The notes beneath the pieces are model-generated. The model was not told the DNA's origin and ran no database searches. It worked only from the letters and a program-made list of their open reading frames with translations. Position numbers and translations under genes: made by a program. From the NCBI GenBank assembly GCA_964581035.1, contig CAZOLO010000001.1, positions 7,190-71,189 of the forward strand: a stretch of DNA of 64,000 nt, given 5' to 3'. Shown in pieces: positions 7,683-18,559 of the stretch. Each line of letters opens with the position of its first letter. The stretch's first letter is position 1. The stretch comes from an uncultured Candidatus Saccharibacteria bacterium (GTDB taxonomy: Bacteria; Patescibacteriota; Minisyncoccia; Phycocordibacterales; CSBR16-119).

Positions 7683-8321
7683 TTATCTAATTTGAGGTGG
7701 TCTCCAAAATATGTTTTCCAGAACCCCGTGATTAGAACCTTTTTTAAGTTTTTTTGCATATTTTTCTCCTCTTTTTTTACATTTATTTAGGAGTGACTGG
7801 TTTTTCGAAGCTTCAATATCTCCGGTGTATATTGCTCCAAATACTCTTGCCCCAAAATATAGAAAGACTCCTCTGAGCCAAAAAGGAGGAAAGGTGAAAA
7901 AGAGTATTCTCTGAGCCCAGTTTGGTGTCCCTCCTGTGACCAGGAAATATGTGCCTAGGTGAGCAAGATTTCCTTTTGGCTGCCCGAGTCTTGTCTTCGA
8001 TTCCATATTCAGTGCAAAAAATCTCATTCGGTCTATAAAGTTTTTTAAGTGAGCGGGGACAGAGAAGTTGTATGTTGGTGTTGCGATAATTAGTCCTTCG
8101 GCCTCGGTCATAATTTTTCTAGAAAGCTCTCCAAAAGCTTCCTCATTTGGTAGAACGCCCTTGCTGTTTGTGTAATTATAAAGCTCAATATGTATGTCTT
8201 CAAGGTATATTTTCTCAACCTCTATACCATCTACACTTTCAGATCCAGAGATAAAACTATCTAGCATGGTATCCGAATTTCTTCCTCTAGATGGTGAGCA
8301 TGACAGCGCTACTATTTTCAT
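7683..8321 (-). CDS. flavodoxin-like NADPH-dependent FMN reductase family protein
   Basis: ALSCSPSRGRNS, IIATPTYNFSVPAHLKNFIDR. Confidence 0.88.
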   Translation of the reverse strand: MKIVALSCSPSRGRNSDTMLDSFISGSESVDGIEVEKIYLEDIHIELYNYTNSKGVLPNEEAFGELSRKIMTEAEGLIIATPTYNFSVPAHLKNFIDRMRFFALNMESKTRLGQPKGNLAHLGTYFLVTGGTPNWAQRILFFTFPPFWLRGVFLYFGARVFGAIYTGDIEASKNQSLLNKCKKRGEKYAKKLKKGSNHGVLENIFWRPPQIR

Positions 8322-8419
8322 ATTTTTAGTATATCAGAAGGTTTCATTAATTATAATTTTTTAAAATTGTTTTAAACAAAAAACCATATAATTAATGTGG
8401 TTTTTGGTATAATAACCTA

Positions 8420-9547
8420 ATGAGTAATCGATTGGATAAATTTTTCCCAATGCCTGATTTTTTAAGAATGCCAGCTATTGGTTTAGATATTTCTGATCAT
8501 GCTGTCAAATACGTGGTACTAAAAAATACTAACAAGGGTTTGGCTGTGGAGGCTTTTGGACGTAGAGATCTAGAAGAGGGTATTATTAAGCATGGGGTTA
8601 TCCAAGATGAGAAAAAATTAATTGTTATTTTGAATGAGGTTCAGAAAGAGACCGGATTACATTTTGCCAGGGTGGCAATACCAGAGATGTTGGTTTATGG
8701 GTTTAATGTAAATATTCCAAAGGTTAATCATGATCAGATAAAACAGGCAATTGAGTTTCAAATAGAAGATCATGTTCCTATTCAAAAAGAGTCTTTAATT
8801 TTTGACTATGAAATTCTTTCTGAGGGTTCTAGGTCATACTTTATTAAGGTTAATGCAATACTAAAGAAGACATTTGAAAGTTATAACGAGGCTTTGATAA
8901 ATAGTGGCTTGTCTGTTGCTAGTTTTGAGCCAGAGCCAGAGTCAGTTTTTAGAGCCATCAGGTTAAAAGACGGACAGAAAAATGCCATTGTTATAGATCT
9001 GGGGTCTAGAAGAACAAGCTTGTCTATTGTTGGAGGTGAAAAGATTATCTCTTCTTCCACTGTTGATTTCAGCGGGAATCTTTTGGCTAATATTATAGCT
9101 GGAGATGGATCGTCTTTTGAGGAATTTGAAAAAGCAAAAAAAGGAATGATCTTGGGTGATGATGAAAAAAGTGAAAAAATAAAAAAGCAGATAGATATTC
9201 TAAATATAGAAATAAAAAAACATTTTAATTACTGGAAAGAGCATTTAGATATAGAAGATTCTCTGCCTTCTGAAGATACCTCTGTTGAGGTATTTAATGG
9301 AAAAGAGGGGAGTGTTTTAGATATTGAAAAATCAGGAATGATACCCGTTATTTTGAGCGGGGGATCTGCACACTTAAGCGGCCTTCCAGAATATATGAGT
9401 AAAAAGTTAAAAACCAATGTGTCTTTTGCAGATATTTGGACACAAAAATCTGATTCTAAATCTGGAGGAAAAAACATCTTAAAAGATGGCTTGTTAATTT
9501 ACGCTACAGCAATAGGTTTAGCATTATCTGATTTTAATTATGATTAA
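8420..9547 (+). CDS. pilM: type IV pilus assembly protein PilM
   Basis: IGLDISDHAVK, IDLG, ILSGGSAHL, YATAIGLAL actin-like fold motifs. Confidence 0.88.
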   Translation: MSNRLDKFFPMPDFLRMPAIGLDISDHAVKYVVLKNTNKGLAVEAFGRRDLEEGIIKHGVIQDEKKLIVILNEVQKETGLHFARVAIPEMLVYGFNVNIPKVNHDQIKQAIEFQIEDHVPIQKESLIFDYEILSEGSRSYFIKVNAILKKTFESYNEALINSGLSVASFEPEPESVFRAIRLKDGQKNAIVIDLGSRRTSLSIVGGEKIISSSTVDFSGNLLANIIAGDGSSFEEFEKAKKGMILGDDEKSEKIKKQIDILNIEIKKHFNYWKEHLDIEDSLPSEDTSVEVFNGKEGSVLDIEKSGMIPVILSGGSAHLSGLPEYMSKKLKTNVSFADIWTQKSDSKSGGKNILKDGLLIYATAIGLALSDFNYD

Positions 9548-10088
9548 TCTTCAATCGCAACAATCAAAGAAAGAGATAGCTAGGCAATATCATATGCGGG
9601 TTGTTTCTGTTGTATTTTTTCTTATAGCTAGTTTTTTAGTTCTTAGCTTTGCACTACTACTCCCTTCATATTTTATTGCGTTAGAAAAAGAGAATGCTGT
9701 AAAATCTTTTGTTGAAGAGATTCAGAGTGGAGAAGAGTTTCAAAAGAACAAAGAACTCAATACTCTTTTGGGTGATACAAAATTAAGGTTGGATGTATTC
9801 GGTAATTTAGATAAGTCTTTTGTCTCTGAATCTATAATAAAACCACTTCTTGATGAGGTATACATTCAAAACAATAAAATAAAGTTAAACTATATTAAAT
9901 ACTCTTCAGAGTCTAGATCTTTAGGGATAAGAGGTGTGTCTGCATCTAGAGATAGCCTTATTGATTTTGTGGAAACAATCCAAAAAAATGACAGATTTAG
10001 CAACGTAGAGGTTCCAGTTTCAAGTTTTGTGCAAAATACGAATATTATATTTGAAATGACGATGGATATTAACGAAGACTCATTATGA
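9540..10088 (+). CDS. pilN: PilN-like protein
   Basis: Single TM, IRGVSASRDSLIDFV, FSNVEVPVSSF; follows pilM. Confidence 0.75.
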   Translation: MINLQSQQSKKEIARQYHMRVVSVVFFLIASFLVLSFALLLPSYFIALEKENAVKSFVEEIQSGEEFQKNKELNTLLGDTKLRLDVFGNLDKSFVSESIIKPLLDEVYIQNNKIKLNYIKYSSESRSLGIRGVSASRDSLIDFVETIQKNDRFSNVEVPVSSFVQNTNIIFEMTMDINEDSL

Positions 10089-10645
10089 AAAGAGAATTTA
10101 TAAAACCTAAATATAAACCAATAGTAATCTTGATAACCTCATTTTTAATGATAGTGATATTAGTCATAGTTTACTTTGGAGTTTTTGGAAAAATAAAACA
10201 AAAGACAATAGAAAGCAACAAGATTTTGTCTGAAATTCAAAATCAAAATAACTCTTTGGAGAACTTAAGAAAACAAGAGAGGTTGATTTCTGCTATTACA
10301 AATGAAAAAGACAAATTATTCTCTTTGTTCATTGATAAAAATTCGGTAGCCAGACTATTCGAAGAGCTTGAGTCTGTGGCTGAAGAGTCTGGGGTTGATT
10401 ACAGTGTTGTTTCGGCTAGAGAAGGTTTTAAGAATAACTCGGGTTTAACGATACAAGTAGCAGCTAATGGTTCATTTAAGGGTATTTATGAGTTCCTGCT
10501 TGGTTTAGAAGATCTACCTTTTGGGTTGAATTTAAAGAATGTTGTGATAGAAGCTAGATCTGAAGATTTTCAAGGGGAAGCACCAGACTACCCATGGGGC
10601 AGCTTACTTGAATTAGAGATTATTAGTTATTTGCAAGATAAATAG
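10085..10645 (+). CDS. pilO: PilO-like protein
   Basis: TM plus coiled coil plus NGSFKGIYEFLLGLEDLPF; follows pilN. Confidence 0.72.
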   Translation: MKREFIKPKYKPIVILITSFLMIVILVIVYFGVFGKIKQKTIESNKILSEIQNQNNSLENLRKQERLISAITNEKDKLFSLFIDKNSVARLFEELESVAEESGVDYSVVSAREGFKNNSGLTIQVAANGSFKGIYEFLLGLEDLPFGLNLKNVVIEARSEDFQGEAPDYPWGSLLELEIISYLQDK

Positions 10646-10649
10646 ATCC

Positions 10650-10961
10650 ATGAATCTTATCAACAAAAAAACAGAAAAAATCAAAGGATTTAAGAACGGG
10701 TCTCTAAGACAGCTATTTTATTGGAGAATAGTCACACTGATTATGTTATTGGGTGTTGTTGGGATCTCTTCTCTAAGCCTTTATGTATTTATTCAGATAG
10801 ACAAAGAAAGTATTTTTACAGGAGAGTCTGATTTATCTACATCTGAGGAATTAAAAATAGACATAGATAGGCTAGAGGAAGTGATTCAGTATTTTAACGG
10901 GAAAGATGAGAGAAGGGGCTCTCACGAAACCCTTCTTTTAGAAATTAAAGATCCGGCATAA
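10650..10961 (+). CDS. small single-TM pilus-cluster protein
   Basis: One TM, ends in DP; between pilO and pilB. Confidence 0.65.
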   Translation: MNLINKKTEKIKGFKNGSLRQLFYWRIVTLIMLLGVVGISSLSLYVFIQIDKESIFTGESDLSTSEELKIDIDRLEEVIQYFNGKDERRGSHETLLLEIKDPA

Positions 10962-10997
10962 TCTAGTTTAATAGAATGATATTATATAAGAATTAGT

Positions 10998-12749
10998 ATG
11001 TATATTAATGATGAACAGTTAACAAAATATTTAATAGATAAAGATCTTATAAAAGAAAAAGATCTATCTTTATCTATTGAAAATGCTGCAAAGCACAATG
11101 TTCCTCTAATAGAGGCCTTTGTTCATGCTGGGATTTTTTCAGAAGAAAAAATCAGAGAAATTGTTGCTGAGATAAAAGGGGTTTCTTTTATTGATTTGTC
11201 TGAGATTAAAATAGAGCAGACGACCCTACAAAGAATACCTGAGTCTATTGCAAAAAAACACAACATAATTGCCTTCAAAGAAGAGGGGGGTGTTCTTAGT
11301 GTTGCGACCCTTGATATAGATAATTTGCCAATCATAGACTCAATTAGAAAATCAACAGGTCTTAAGATAGTTGTTTATGTTACAAACGCTACTTCTATGC
11401 AATCAGCGTTGGTTCAGTATAGAAGAAGTTTGAATATAGAGTTTGACGACATTATTAAAAAACAGGTATCAACCCTTAACTTGAAAGAGGGGGTTGATGA
11501 GAGTGATCTGTCTCCAGCTGAATTAAAAAAGATGGCTGAAGATCTTCCGATTATTAAGATAGTGGACACATTGATCTCACATGCAATCCTGCAGAATGCA
11601 TCAGATGTACACATAGAGCCAGAGGAAAATTCTCTTATTATAAGATTTAGAGTGGATGGAATCTTGCATGACGCCATGTCTCTACCAAAACAGATTACCC
11701 CAGGAGTTATTGTAAGAATAAAAGTTTTGGCTAATTTGAGATTAGATGAGAAGAGGCTTCCACAAGATGGAAGATTTAAAACCGTTTTCAATAGTCAGGA
11801 TGTTTCTTTTCGTGTATCAATACTACCAACATATTTTGGAGAAAAGGTTGTTATTCGTATTTTGAGGGAGAGTGCTCATGGGTTTAGTTTGGAGGCTATT
11901 GGTTTACACGGAGAAGGCCTAGAGCATGTTCATGAGGCAATGAGTCAGAAAACTGGTTTGATATTGGTATCTGGTCCAACTGGATCGGGTAAGACTACGA
12001 CCTTGTACACAATGTTAGACATTTTGAATACTACAGATGTTAATATTTCAACTGTAGAGGATCCAATTGAATATCAAGTTGATAGAATTAATCAAACTCA
12101 AGTTCGTTCAGATATTGGGTTAACATTTGCAGCTGGACTTAGGTCTCTGCTTCGTCAGGACCCAGACATACTTATGGTTGGTGAAATTAGAGATAAAGAG
12201 ACAGTCTCCTTAGCTGTTAATGCTGCTTTGACTGGTCACTTGGTTCTCTCTACCATCCACACAAACTCTGCGGCGGGGGTTATACCTAGGATGATTGACA
12301 TGGGAATTGAAACATTTCTGATCACATCAACTATTAAGACAATATCTGCTCAAAGGCTAGTTAGGGTACTTTGTGATTCAAAAGAAAAATATCACCTTTC
12401 GGATGAGGAAAAATCTAAACTTGAAAAGGTTGTTGATCTAGATAAAGTTTTGTCCTTTTTGAAAAAAGAAAAAATAGTAAAAGCTAAAGATACATGGAAG
12501 ACAATATATTTTTACAAAGCAGTTTCAACACCGGAGTGTGAAAGTGGGTATTCTGGTCGTATTGGTATTCATGAGGTCTTGCACTTAGATGAACCTATTA
12601 AAAAGCTGATCACTAGTGGAGCCACAGAGTCTGACATAGAAGAGATGGCTGTAAAGGGTGGTATGCTTACTATGATAGAAGACGGTATATTTAAAGCTGT
12701 CCAAGGAATGACTACAACAGAGGAGGTTTTAAGAGTTGTTTCAGATTAA
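10998..12749 (+). CDS. pilB: PilB/GspE assembly ATPase
   Basis: ASDVHIEP, LPQDGR, Walker A GPTGSGKTTT, LRQDPD, His box TGHLVLSTIH. Confidence 0.93.
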   Translation: MYINDEQLTKYLIDKDLIKEKDLSLSIENAAKHNVPLIEAFVHAGIFSEEKIREIVAEIKGVSFIDLSEIKIEQTTLQRIPESIAKKHNIIAFKEEGGVLSVATLDIDNLPIIDSIRKSTGLKIVVYVTNATSMQSALVQYRRSLNIEFDDIIKKQVSTLNLKEGVDESDLSPAELKKMAEDLPIIKIVDTLISHAILQNASDVHIEPEENSLIIRFRVDGILHDAMSLPKQITPGVIVRIKVLANLRLDEKRLPQDGRFKTVFNSQDVSFRVSILPTYFGEKVVIRILRESAHGFSLEAIGLHGEGLEHVHEAMSQKTGLILVSGPTGSGKTTTLYTMLDILNTTDVNISTVEDPIEYQVDRINQTQVRSDIGLTFAAGLRSLLRQDPDILMVGEIRDKETVSLAVNAALTGHLVLSTIHTNSAAGVIPRMIDMGIETFLITSTIKTISAQRLVRVLCDSKEKYHLSDEEKSKLEKVVDLDKVLSFLKKEKIVKAKDTWKTIYFYKAVSTPECESGYSGRIGIHEVLHLDEPIKKLITSGATESDIEEMAVKGGMLTMIEDGIFKAVQGMTTTEEVLRVVSD

Positions 12750-12752
12750 AAT

Positions 12753-13973
12753 ATGAAATTTCATTACAAAGCACAATCAAAAATAGGTGTCGTAATAGAG
12801 GACACTATCGAAGCTGAAAGCAAAGAAGCTGTCATAGCAAAGATTCGTGAAAACGGAGCAACTCCTGTGTTTGTTGAAGAAAAAGGGAATAAATCTCTTA
12901 ATATATCTATACCATTTATTGATAATTTGATAGGTGGTATAAATCTGCAAGATAAAGTTATTTTTGCCAAAAATCTTGCAAGAATGCTTAATGCGGGCCT
13001 ATCAACCTCAAGAGCTTTAAGAGTTCTTAAGAAGCAAACTACAAAAGAGTCTTTTAGGGTTGTCCTTGATCATCTGATCGCTGACATAAATAATGGAGAA
13101 TCATTAAGTGATGGTCTAGCTAAGTACCCAAAAGTATTCTCTCCTATGTTTATAGCGATGGTCCATGCTGGAGAAGAGTCAGGTAATATTGTGGGTAATC
13201 TACTAGAGATATCAGCCCAACTAGACAAAACATCAAAGCTTAGAAAAAAAATTAAAGGGGCAATGATTTATCCTGGAGTTATTCTAAGTGCTATGGTGAT
13301 AATAGGTGTATTGATGTTTATCTTTGTTGTTCCAACACTTCTTGCAACTTTTAAAAGTCTAGACATGGAGCTTCCAGCGAGCACTCAACTGATTATATTC
13401 CTTAGTGACAGTATTCAGGCACACACATTTCTTTTCTTAGTTTCAATAGTTGGTTTTTTTGCGGGCCTTATTACAATATTCCGATTGAAATCAATGGAAA
13501 AATACATTGATTTCATAGTTTTAAAAATACCCGTAACTGGAACTATAGCTATAGAAATGAATACTGCGATAGCAACAAGAACCCTTTCTTCTTTACTAGA
13601 ATCTGGTCTTTCTATAAGTCGAGCTCTTACTATCACAAAAGAAGTTCTTCAAAATACTCATTATAAAAAATCTTTAGAAGAAGGTATAAAAAGCATTGAA
13701 AAAGGAGGTCAACTATCCAAAATTTTCGAAGAAAGAAAAGATCTGTATCCCGTCATGATGGGTGAGATGGTCGAAGTTGGAGAAGAGACCGGTAAGCTGG
13801 TAGATATGCTAAAAGATGTTGCTGATTTTTATGAGTATGAAGTGGATAGTAAGACAAAAAATCTGTCGACAATTATAGAACCAGTTCTGATGCTTCTAAT
13901 TGGCTCTGCGGTAGGGTTCTTTGCCGTTTCGATAATGTCACCTATGTATTCTGTTCTTGAGGGTATTTCTTAA
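12753..13973 (+). CDS. pilC: PilC/GspF platform protein
   Basis: Two T2SSF repeats (AGEESG, VGEETG), AMIYP, IEPVL. Confidence 0.93.
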   Translation: MKFHYKAQSKIGVVIEDTIEAESKEAVIAKIRENGATPVFVEEKGNKSLNISIPFIDNLIGGINLQDKVIFAKNLARMLNAGLSTSRALRVLKKQTTKESFRVVLDHLIADINNGESLSDGLAKYPKVFSPMFIAMVHAGEESGNIVGNLLEISAQLDKTSKLRKKIKGAMIYPGVILSAMVIIGVLMFIFVVPTLLATFKSLDMELPASTQLIIFLSDSIQAHTFLFLVSIVGFFAGLITIFRLKSMEKYIDFIVLKIPVTGTIAIEMNTAIATRTLSSLLESGLSISRALTITKEVLQNTHYKKSLEEGIKSIEKGGQLSKIFEERKDLYPVMMGEMVEVGEETGKLVDMLKDVADFYEYEVDSKTKNLSTIIEPVLMLLIGSAVGFFAVSIMSPMYSVLEGIS

Positions 13974-13982
13974 TTTATAATT

Positions 13983-15776
13983 ATGTTTTTTATATCACAT
14001 GGCGAGATAAATAAATTCAAGGCTGGATTTAGCCTTATGGAGATGGTGGTGGCTATAGCCATTTTTTCTGTTCTTTCTATTTCTATATATCAAGGATATG
14101 CTCAAATATTTAAAACAACAAATTTTCTTAAAACAAAAACAGTTGCTACAAATCTAGCTAATGAACAAATAGAAATAATAAGAAACCTCCCTTATGACAA
14201 TGTAGGTACAATCGGAGGTATACCTTCTGGTGTTGTAGACCCTTCTCAGGAGATTACTAGGGAAGGTATAGATTTTGTCGTATTAACCACTATTAGAAAT
14301 ATCGATCTTCCATTTGATGGGACACTAGGTGGATCCCCAGATGATCTTTCTCCTGCGGATAATAAGCTTGTTGAAATAGAAATTCAATGCGCTTTGTGTC
14401 AGAATTTTTCGAACTTAGTATTTAACACAAATGTTGCTCCTCAAAGCTTAGAGAGTCTTTCTACAAATGGGGCATTGAGAATAAATGTTTTTGATGCAAA
14501 TGGAGAAGATATCTCTGGGGCTAATGTCTCAATTGTTAATAGTGGTATTTCTCCTAATATAGACATAGACGATGTTACTGGTAACAATGGAATACTTACC
14601 ATTGTGGACGCACCTCCATCCTTTGAATCTTATGAGCTACTAGTTACAAAAGGAGGCTATTCAATGGATCAAACTTATATCTCAGACATTAGTAACCCAA
14701 ACCCCATTAAACCTCATGTAACAGTGAGCCAGGGCCAGATTACTGATGTTAGTTTTATTATAGATGAAACAAGTACGATGAATATCTCTAGTGTTACTGA
14801 TACTTGCCAAGCAGTTTCGGCTTTTGATTTTGATCTTGTGAGTAGTAAGTTAATTGGAACAAACCCTGATGTTCTGAAATATGACAGTAATCATTCTACA
14901 AATGGAAGTGGTCTTCTTTCATTGAGTGATATGGAGTGGGGAACATACACCGTAAATACAACAGATTCAAGCTATGACGTTGCTGGGTTCAATCCCTTTA
15001 ATCCACTAACTATAACTCCGGGAGTAGATCAAGATTTAAAGATTACTTTATTCCCGAAAGATTCCCCTACAACTTTGTTTACCATAAAGGCGCAAGGTAC
15101 AGGAGATCCAATTTCTAATGCTGTGGTTAGTCTACAAAAAACAGGGTTTAATAAAACATTTCTTTCTGGTCAATCAGCAAAAACACAAACTGATTGGTCG
15201 GGTGGTCAAGGTCAAGTAAACTACTCAGATCCAACTGTGTATTCATCAGATGATGGAGGCATTAATGTTAACAATCCTATTGGTTCGATTCTTCTTTTTG
15301 AAGACATAGATGGATATGTCTCATCAGGAGAGTTGATTTCATCTACTTTTGATCTAGGTCCAGGAGTTACTTATCATGATTTGTCTTGGTCTGGGGACAT
15401 ACCAATTTCAACAGACATTCAAGTTCAGATAGCTACAACAAGCTCTGGTACCCCTACAGATTTCATTGGTCCAGATGGAACATCAAGTACATTTTTCACG
15501 TCAATTCCAACAGATATTCCAGCTATTTCAGATGGAGATAGATACTTTAGATATAAAGTATCTTTATCAACTTCAAATCCTTTGTTCACACCAACCTTTG
15601 ATAATTTAGAATTTAATTTTTCTGGTAACTGTGTTGCTCCGGGTCAAATCGCTTTTCAAGGATTATCTAATGGAACATATACTTTAACGGTAAACGCTGA
15701 TGGTTATCAAGAATTTAGTCAGGATATTGATTTAAATAATGCTTGGCAGGAGGTGTTAGTAGAGATGGATGAATAA
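13983..15776 (+). CDS. large prepilin (minor pilin) with C-terminal beta-sandwich/carboxypeptidase-regulatory-like domains
   Basis: Class III signal KAGFSLMEMVVA; repeated GxYTL/V motifs. Confidence 0.85.
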   Translation: MFFISHGEINKFKAGFSLMEMVVAIAIFSVLSISIYQGYAQIFKTTNFLKTKTVATNLANEQIEIIRNLPYDNVGTIGGIPSGVVDPSQEITREGIDFVVLTTIRNIDLPFDGTLGGSPDDLSPADNKLVEIEIQCALCQNFSNLVFNTNVAPQSLESLSTNGALRINVFDANGEDISGANVSIVNSGISPNIDIDDVTGNNGILTIVDAPPSFESYELLVTKGGYSMDQTYISDISNPNPIKPHVTVSQGQITDVSFIIDETSTMNISSVTDTCQAVSAFDFDLVSSKLIGTNPDVLKYDSNHSTNGSGLLSLSDMEWGTYTVNTTDSSYDVAGFNPFNPLTITPGVDQDLKITLFPKDSPTTLFTIKAQGTGDPISNAVVSLQKTGFNKTFLSGQSAKTQTDWSGGQGQVNYSDPTVYSSDDGGINVNNPIGSILLFEDIDGYVSSGELISSTFDLGPGVTYHDLSWSGDIPISTDIQVQIATTSSGTPTDFIGPDGTSSTFFTSIPTDIPAISDGDRYFRYKVSLSTSNPLFTPTFDNLEFNFSGNCVAPGQIAFQGLSNGTYTLTVNADGYQEFSQDIDLNNAWQEVLVEMDE

Positions 15777-15778
15777 CT

Positions 15779-16393
15779 ATGTTTAATAATACTAAAAATA
15801 CAAAAGGGTTTACCTTAACAGAGATACTTGTTACTTTGGGTATTTTTAGCGTATTAGCTGTTGGCGCAACAAGTCTTCTTCGTGACTCATTTATTTTTAA
15901 GGGAATAGCTCAAACTGGATTAAATTCTATAGATGAGGGTAGAAAGATACTTAGGCCACTTGTTGGTGAAGTAAGAAGCGCTTCTCAGTCTCACAATGGA
16001 GCATATGTTATAGAAAATGCATCAGCTGAAACTTTTATATTTTATAGCGACATAGATAATGATGATTTGATTGAAAGAGTTAGATATTTCTTAGATGAAG
16101 ACACCCTTAAAAAAGGGGTAACAGAACCAAGTGGCAGCCCTCTATCTTATGATTTAAATAACGAAGAGATATCTTGGGTTATTCAAGATGTTGCAAATGG
16201 CGCTAGCCCAGTCTTTGAATATTTTGACACCAATTATGACGGAACTACAGACCCACTGGTTCAGCCTGTTTCTTCTGGAGATGTTCGATTGGTAAAGATA
16301 ACTATTATTATTGACCATGATCCAAACAGGCCGCCAGAAGCTGTAGAGCTTTCTACTCAGATGACCATTCGTAATCTAAAAGATAACTTATGA
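15779..16393 (+). CDS. prepilin (PilW-like minor pilin)
   Basis: KGFTLTEILV cleavage/methylation motif; C-terminal IRNLK. Confidence 0.85.
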   Translation: MFNNTKNTKGFTLTEILVTLGIFSVLAVGATSLLRDSFIFKGIAQTGLNSIDEGRKILRPLVGEVRSASQSHNGAYVIENASAETFIFYSDIDNDDLIERVRYFLDEDTLKKGVTEPSGSPLSYDLNNEEISWVIQDVANGASPVFEYFDTNYDGTTDPLVQPVSSGDVRLVKITIIIDHDPNRPPEAVELSTQMTIRNLKDNL

Positions 16394-17826
16394 TTAGATC
16401 TAATAAAAAAGGTTATATAATTTTAACTCTTGTGCTTTTGATAAGCGTATTTGTTCCTCTTATGATTGTTTTTGTAAACTGGTCTGTTACAAGTCTTCAT
16501 GTGGTAGAAAGAAATTTACAAAGGGAGATATCCTTTCACATAGCTGAGGCTGGAATTGACTATTATAGGTGGCACCTGGCTCATGATCCAGAGGATTTTC
16601 AGGATGGCACAGGTGTTGCAGGCCCATATGTTCATGATTTTTCTGATAAGAACGGAACAATTATTGGAAGTTTTTCGCTAGATATTACACCTCCAGAAAT
16701 TGGCTCAACTCTTGTGGCGATTGAATCAACTGGTTCAACTCTGGCTCAGCCAAACATAACAAGGTCTATACGAGCGCAGCTGGCTGTTCCGTCACTGGCT
16801 ACTTTTGCTGTAGCAGCGAACAGCGCAATGAGATTTGGCGAGGGAACAGAGGTTTATGGTCCTATACATTCAAATGGTGGTATTCGTTTTGACGGCCTGG
16901 CTCACAATATTGTTACCAGTGCTAAAGAGACTTATACAGATACAGATGGTGACGCTTGTACAGGTAACTCCTGGGGAGTTCACACCTGTCTTTCTCCTGA
17001 TGATCCTTCTCCAACACTTGAGCCATCAGCTAGACCAGATGTTTTTGAGGCTGGAAGAGAGTATCCTGTACCTCAAGTTGATTTTACCGGTCTAACAAAC
17101 GACCTTTCTAATATTAAAAGTGAGGCTCAAGCAAGCGGTGAGTATTTTGGAGATTCCGGCAAGTCTGGATATAGAATTCTTTTGAAGACAGATGACACAT
17201 TTGATATATATAAAGTTAACAGCCTGGTTTCTGCACCTAGTGGGTGTTACTCTTCACAGGCTGACTGGGGGACATGGAGTGTAAACTCAGAAACATTTTT
17301 AGGTAATTATTCAAATCCGAGCAATGGATTAATTTTTGTTGAAGACGATCTCTGGGTTGAAGGTCAGATAGATGGGGCAAAACTTACAATTGCAGCTGGA
17401 GCTTTTCCTGACAATGCAAATACCAGAAAAAGCATAACGGTCAACAACGATCTTTTGTATACAAACTACGATGGTCAAGACGTTCTAGCTCTTATTTCTC
17501 AAAAGAATATAAATGCTGGATTGGTAAGTGCTGACACATATAGAATAGATGCAGCCTTGATTGCTCAAAACGGTAGGGTTGGTAGATTCTATTACGCACC
17601 ACCATCTGGATGGTCAAACAGATGTTCGCCTTACCATTCTAGAGATGAGATAACTCTATACGGTATGCTGGCTACAAATAATAGGTATGGTTTTGCTTAT
17701 ACAAACAATACTGGATATGTTCTTAGAAATATTATTTATGATGGGAACCTTCTTTATGGCCCACCACCAAACTTTCCTCTAACTTCAGACTCGTATCAGA
17801 TTCTTTCTTGGGAAGAGATAGAATAA
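16390..17826 (+). CDS. PilX-like minor pilin
   Basis: KKGYIILTL (no Glu5), HIAEAGI, HSNGGI, C-terminal SWEE. Confidence 0.8.
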   Translation: MIRSNKKGYIILTLVLLISVFVPLMIVFVNWSVTSLHVVERNLQREISFHIAEAGIDYYRWHLAHDPEDFQDGTGVAGPYVHDFSDKNGTIIGSFSLDITPPEIGSTLVAIESTGSTLAQPNITRSIRAQLAVPSLATFAVAANSAMRFGEGTEVYGPIHSNGGIRFDGLAHNIVTSAKETYTDTDGDACTGNSWGVHTCLSPDDPSPTLEPSARPDVFEAGREYPVPQVDFTGLTNDLSNIKSEAQASGEYFGDSGKSGYRILLKTDDTFDIYKVNSLVSAPSGCYSSQADWGTWSVNSETFLGNYSNPSNGLIFVEDDLWVEGQIDGAKLTIAAGAFPDNANTRKSITVNNDLLYTNYDGQDVLALISQKNINAGLVSADTYRIDAALIAQNGRVGRFYYAPPSGWSNRCSPYHSRDEITLYGMLATNNRYGFAYTNNTGYVLRNIIYDGNLLYGPPPNFPLTSDSYQILSWEEIE

Positions 17827-17887
17827 GATCATAAAGCCTAATAAAATAAGGGCCAAATCGGCTCTTATTTGTTTATGTTGATGATGC

Positions 17888-17916
17888 TTGACAAATATGT
17901 TTGACTATGATATAGT
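17888..17916 (+). promoter_or_regulatory. sigma70-type promoter
   Basis: TTGACA-N17-TATAGT with TG extension. Confidence 0.7.
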
Positions 17917-17941
17917 ATAATAAATCTTAAAAATTATAGCC

Positions 17942-18463
17942 ATGAGCGTTAGAAAAAACAAAGTAAGCAGACCTCAGAAAGTTGCATCTTCCAAGAAGGG
18001 TTTGAATCAATACAAAATTACCAAGAGTAAATTTGTAGGGGATGTAAAAACAAGAAAAGGCCTTATTGAGGTTGAGGTGGAGCACATTCTTATGATGCCG
18101 CCTCCCTTGTCTAAAAAGAATAAGGATGGAAAAATTGTTAAGCCTTATCTTGAGCATCACATGGAGTTAATTCGTGGATCAAAAGACTCTCCAAGCAATC
18201 TTGAGGAATACAATATTCTTCTTGAAGCAGAAGAGGCTGATGGAAAAGAAATGGCTTCTGCTTTTTCTAATTTGAAATCTGGAGAAGCTTTTCGTAAGTC
18301 AAGCTCTATGAGTATGCTGAATGATGAAGAAAGCCATTACGATGACTCTGATGAATCACTTGCCGCCAACGGCCTTGCTGTTGTAGGAAGTCCAAACTTC
18401 AGAAGGCTTAAGAACTTTGAACCTTCAAACCAGCTCATTGCTGGCAACAATTCTGTAGTCTAA
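17942..18463 (+). CDS. hypothetical protein
   Basis: 173-aa ORF with own promoter and downstream hairpin; basic N-terminus, acidic C-terminal half. Confidence 0.65.
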   Translation: MSVRKNKVSRPQKVASSKKGLNQYKITKSKFVGDVKTRKGLIEVEVEHILMMPPPLSKKNKDGKIVKPYLEHHMELIRGSKDSPSNLEEYNILLEAEEADGKEMASAFSNLKSGEAFRKSSSMSMLNDEESHYDDSDESLAANGLAVVGSPNFRRLKNFEPSNQLIAGNNSVV

Positions 18464-18483
18464 GGCGCAGTTCTTTTTTTGAA

Positions 18484-18511
18484 AAAGGCCGATCCAATTG
18501 GATCGGCCTTT
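18484..18511. terminator. perfect 28-bp palindrome, probable bidirectional terminator
   Basis: AAAGGCCGATCCAATTGGATCGGCCTTT. Confidence 0.7.
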
Positions 18512-18559
18512 CGTTTTGCATTATATATAAACAGTCCATTATCGGGTTGTTTTTTTGCT

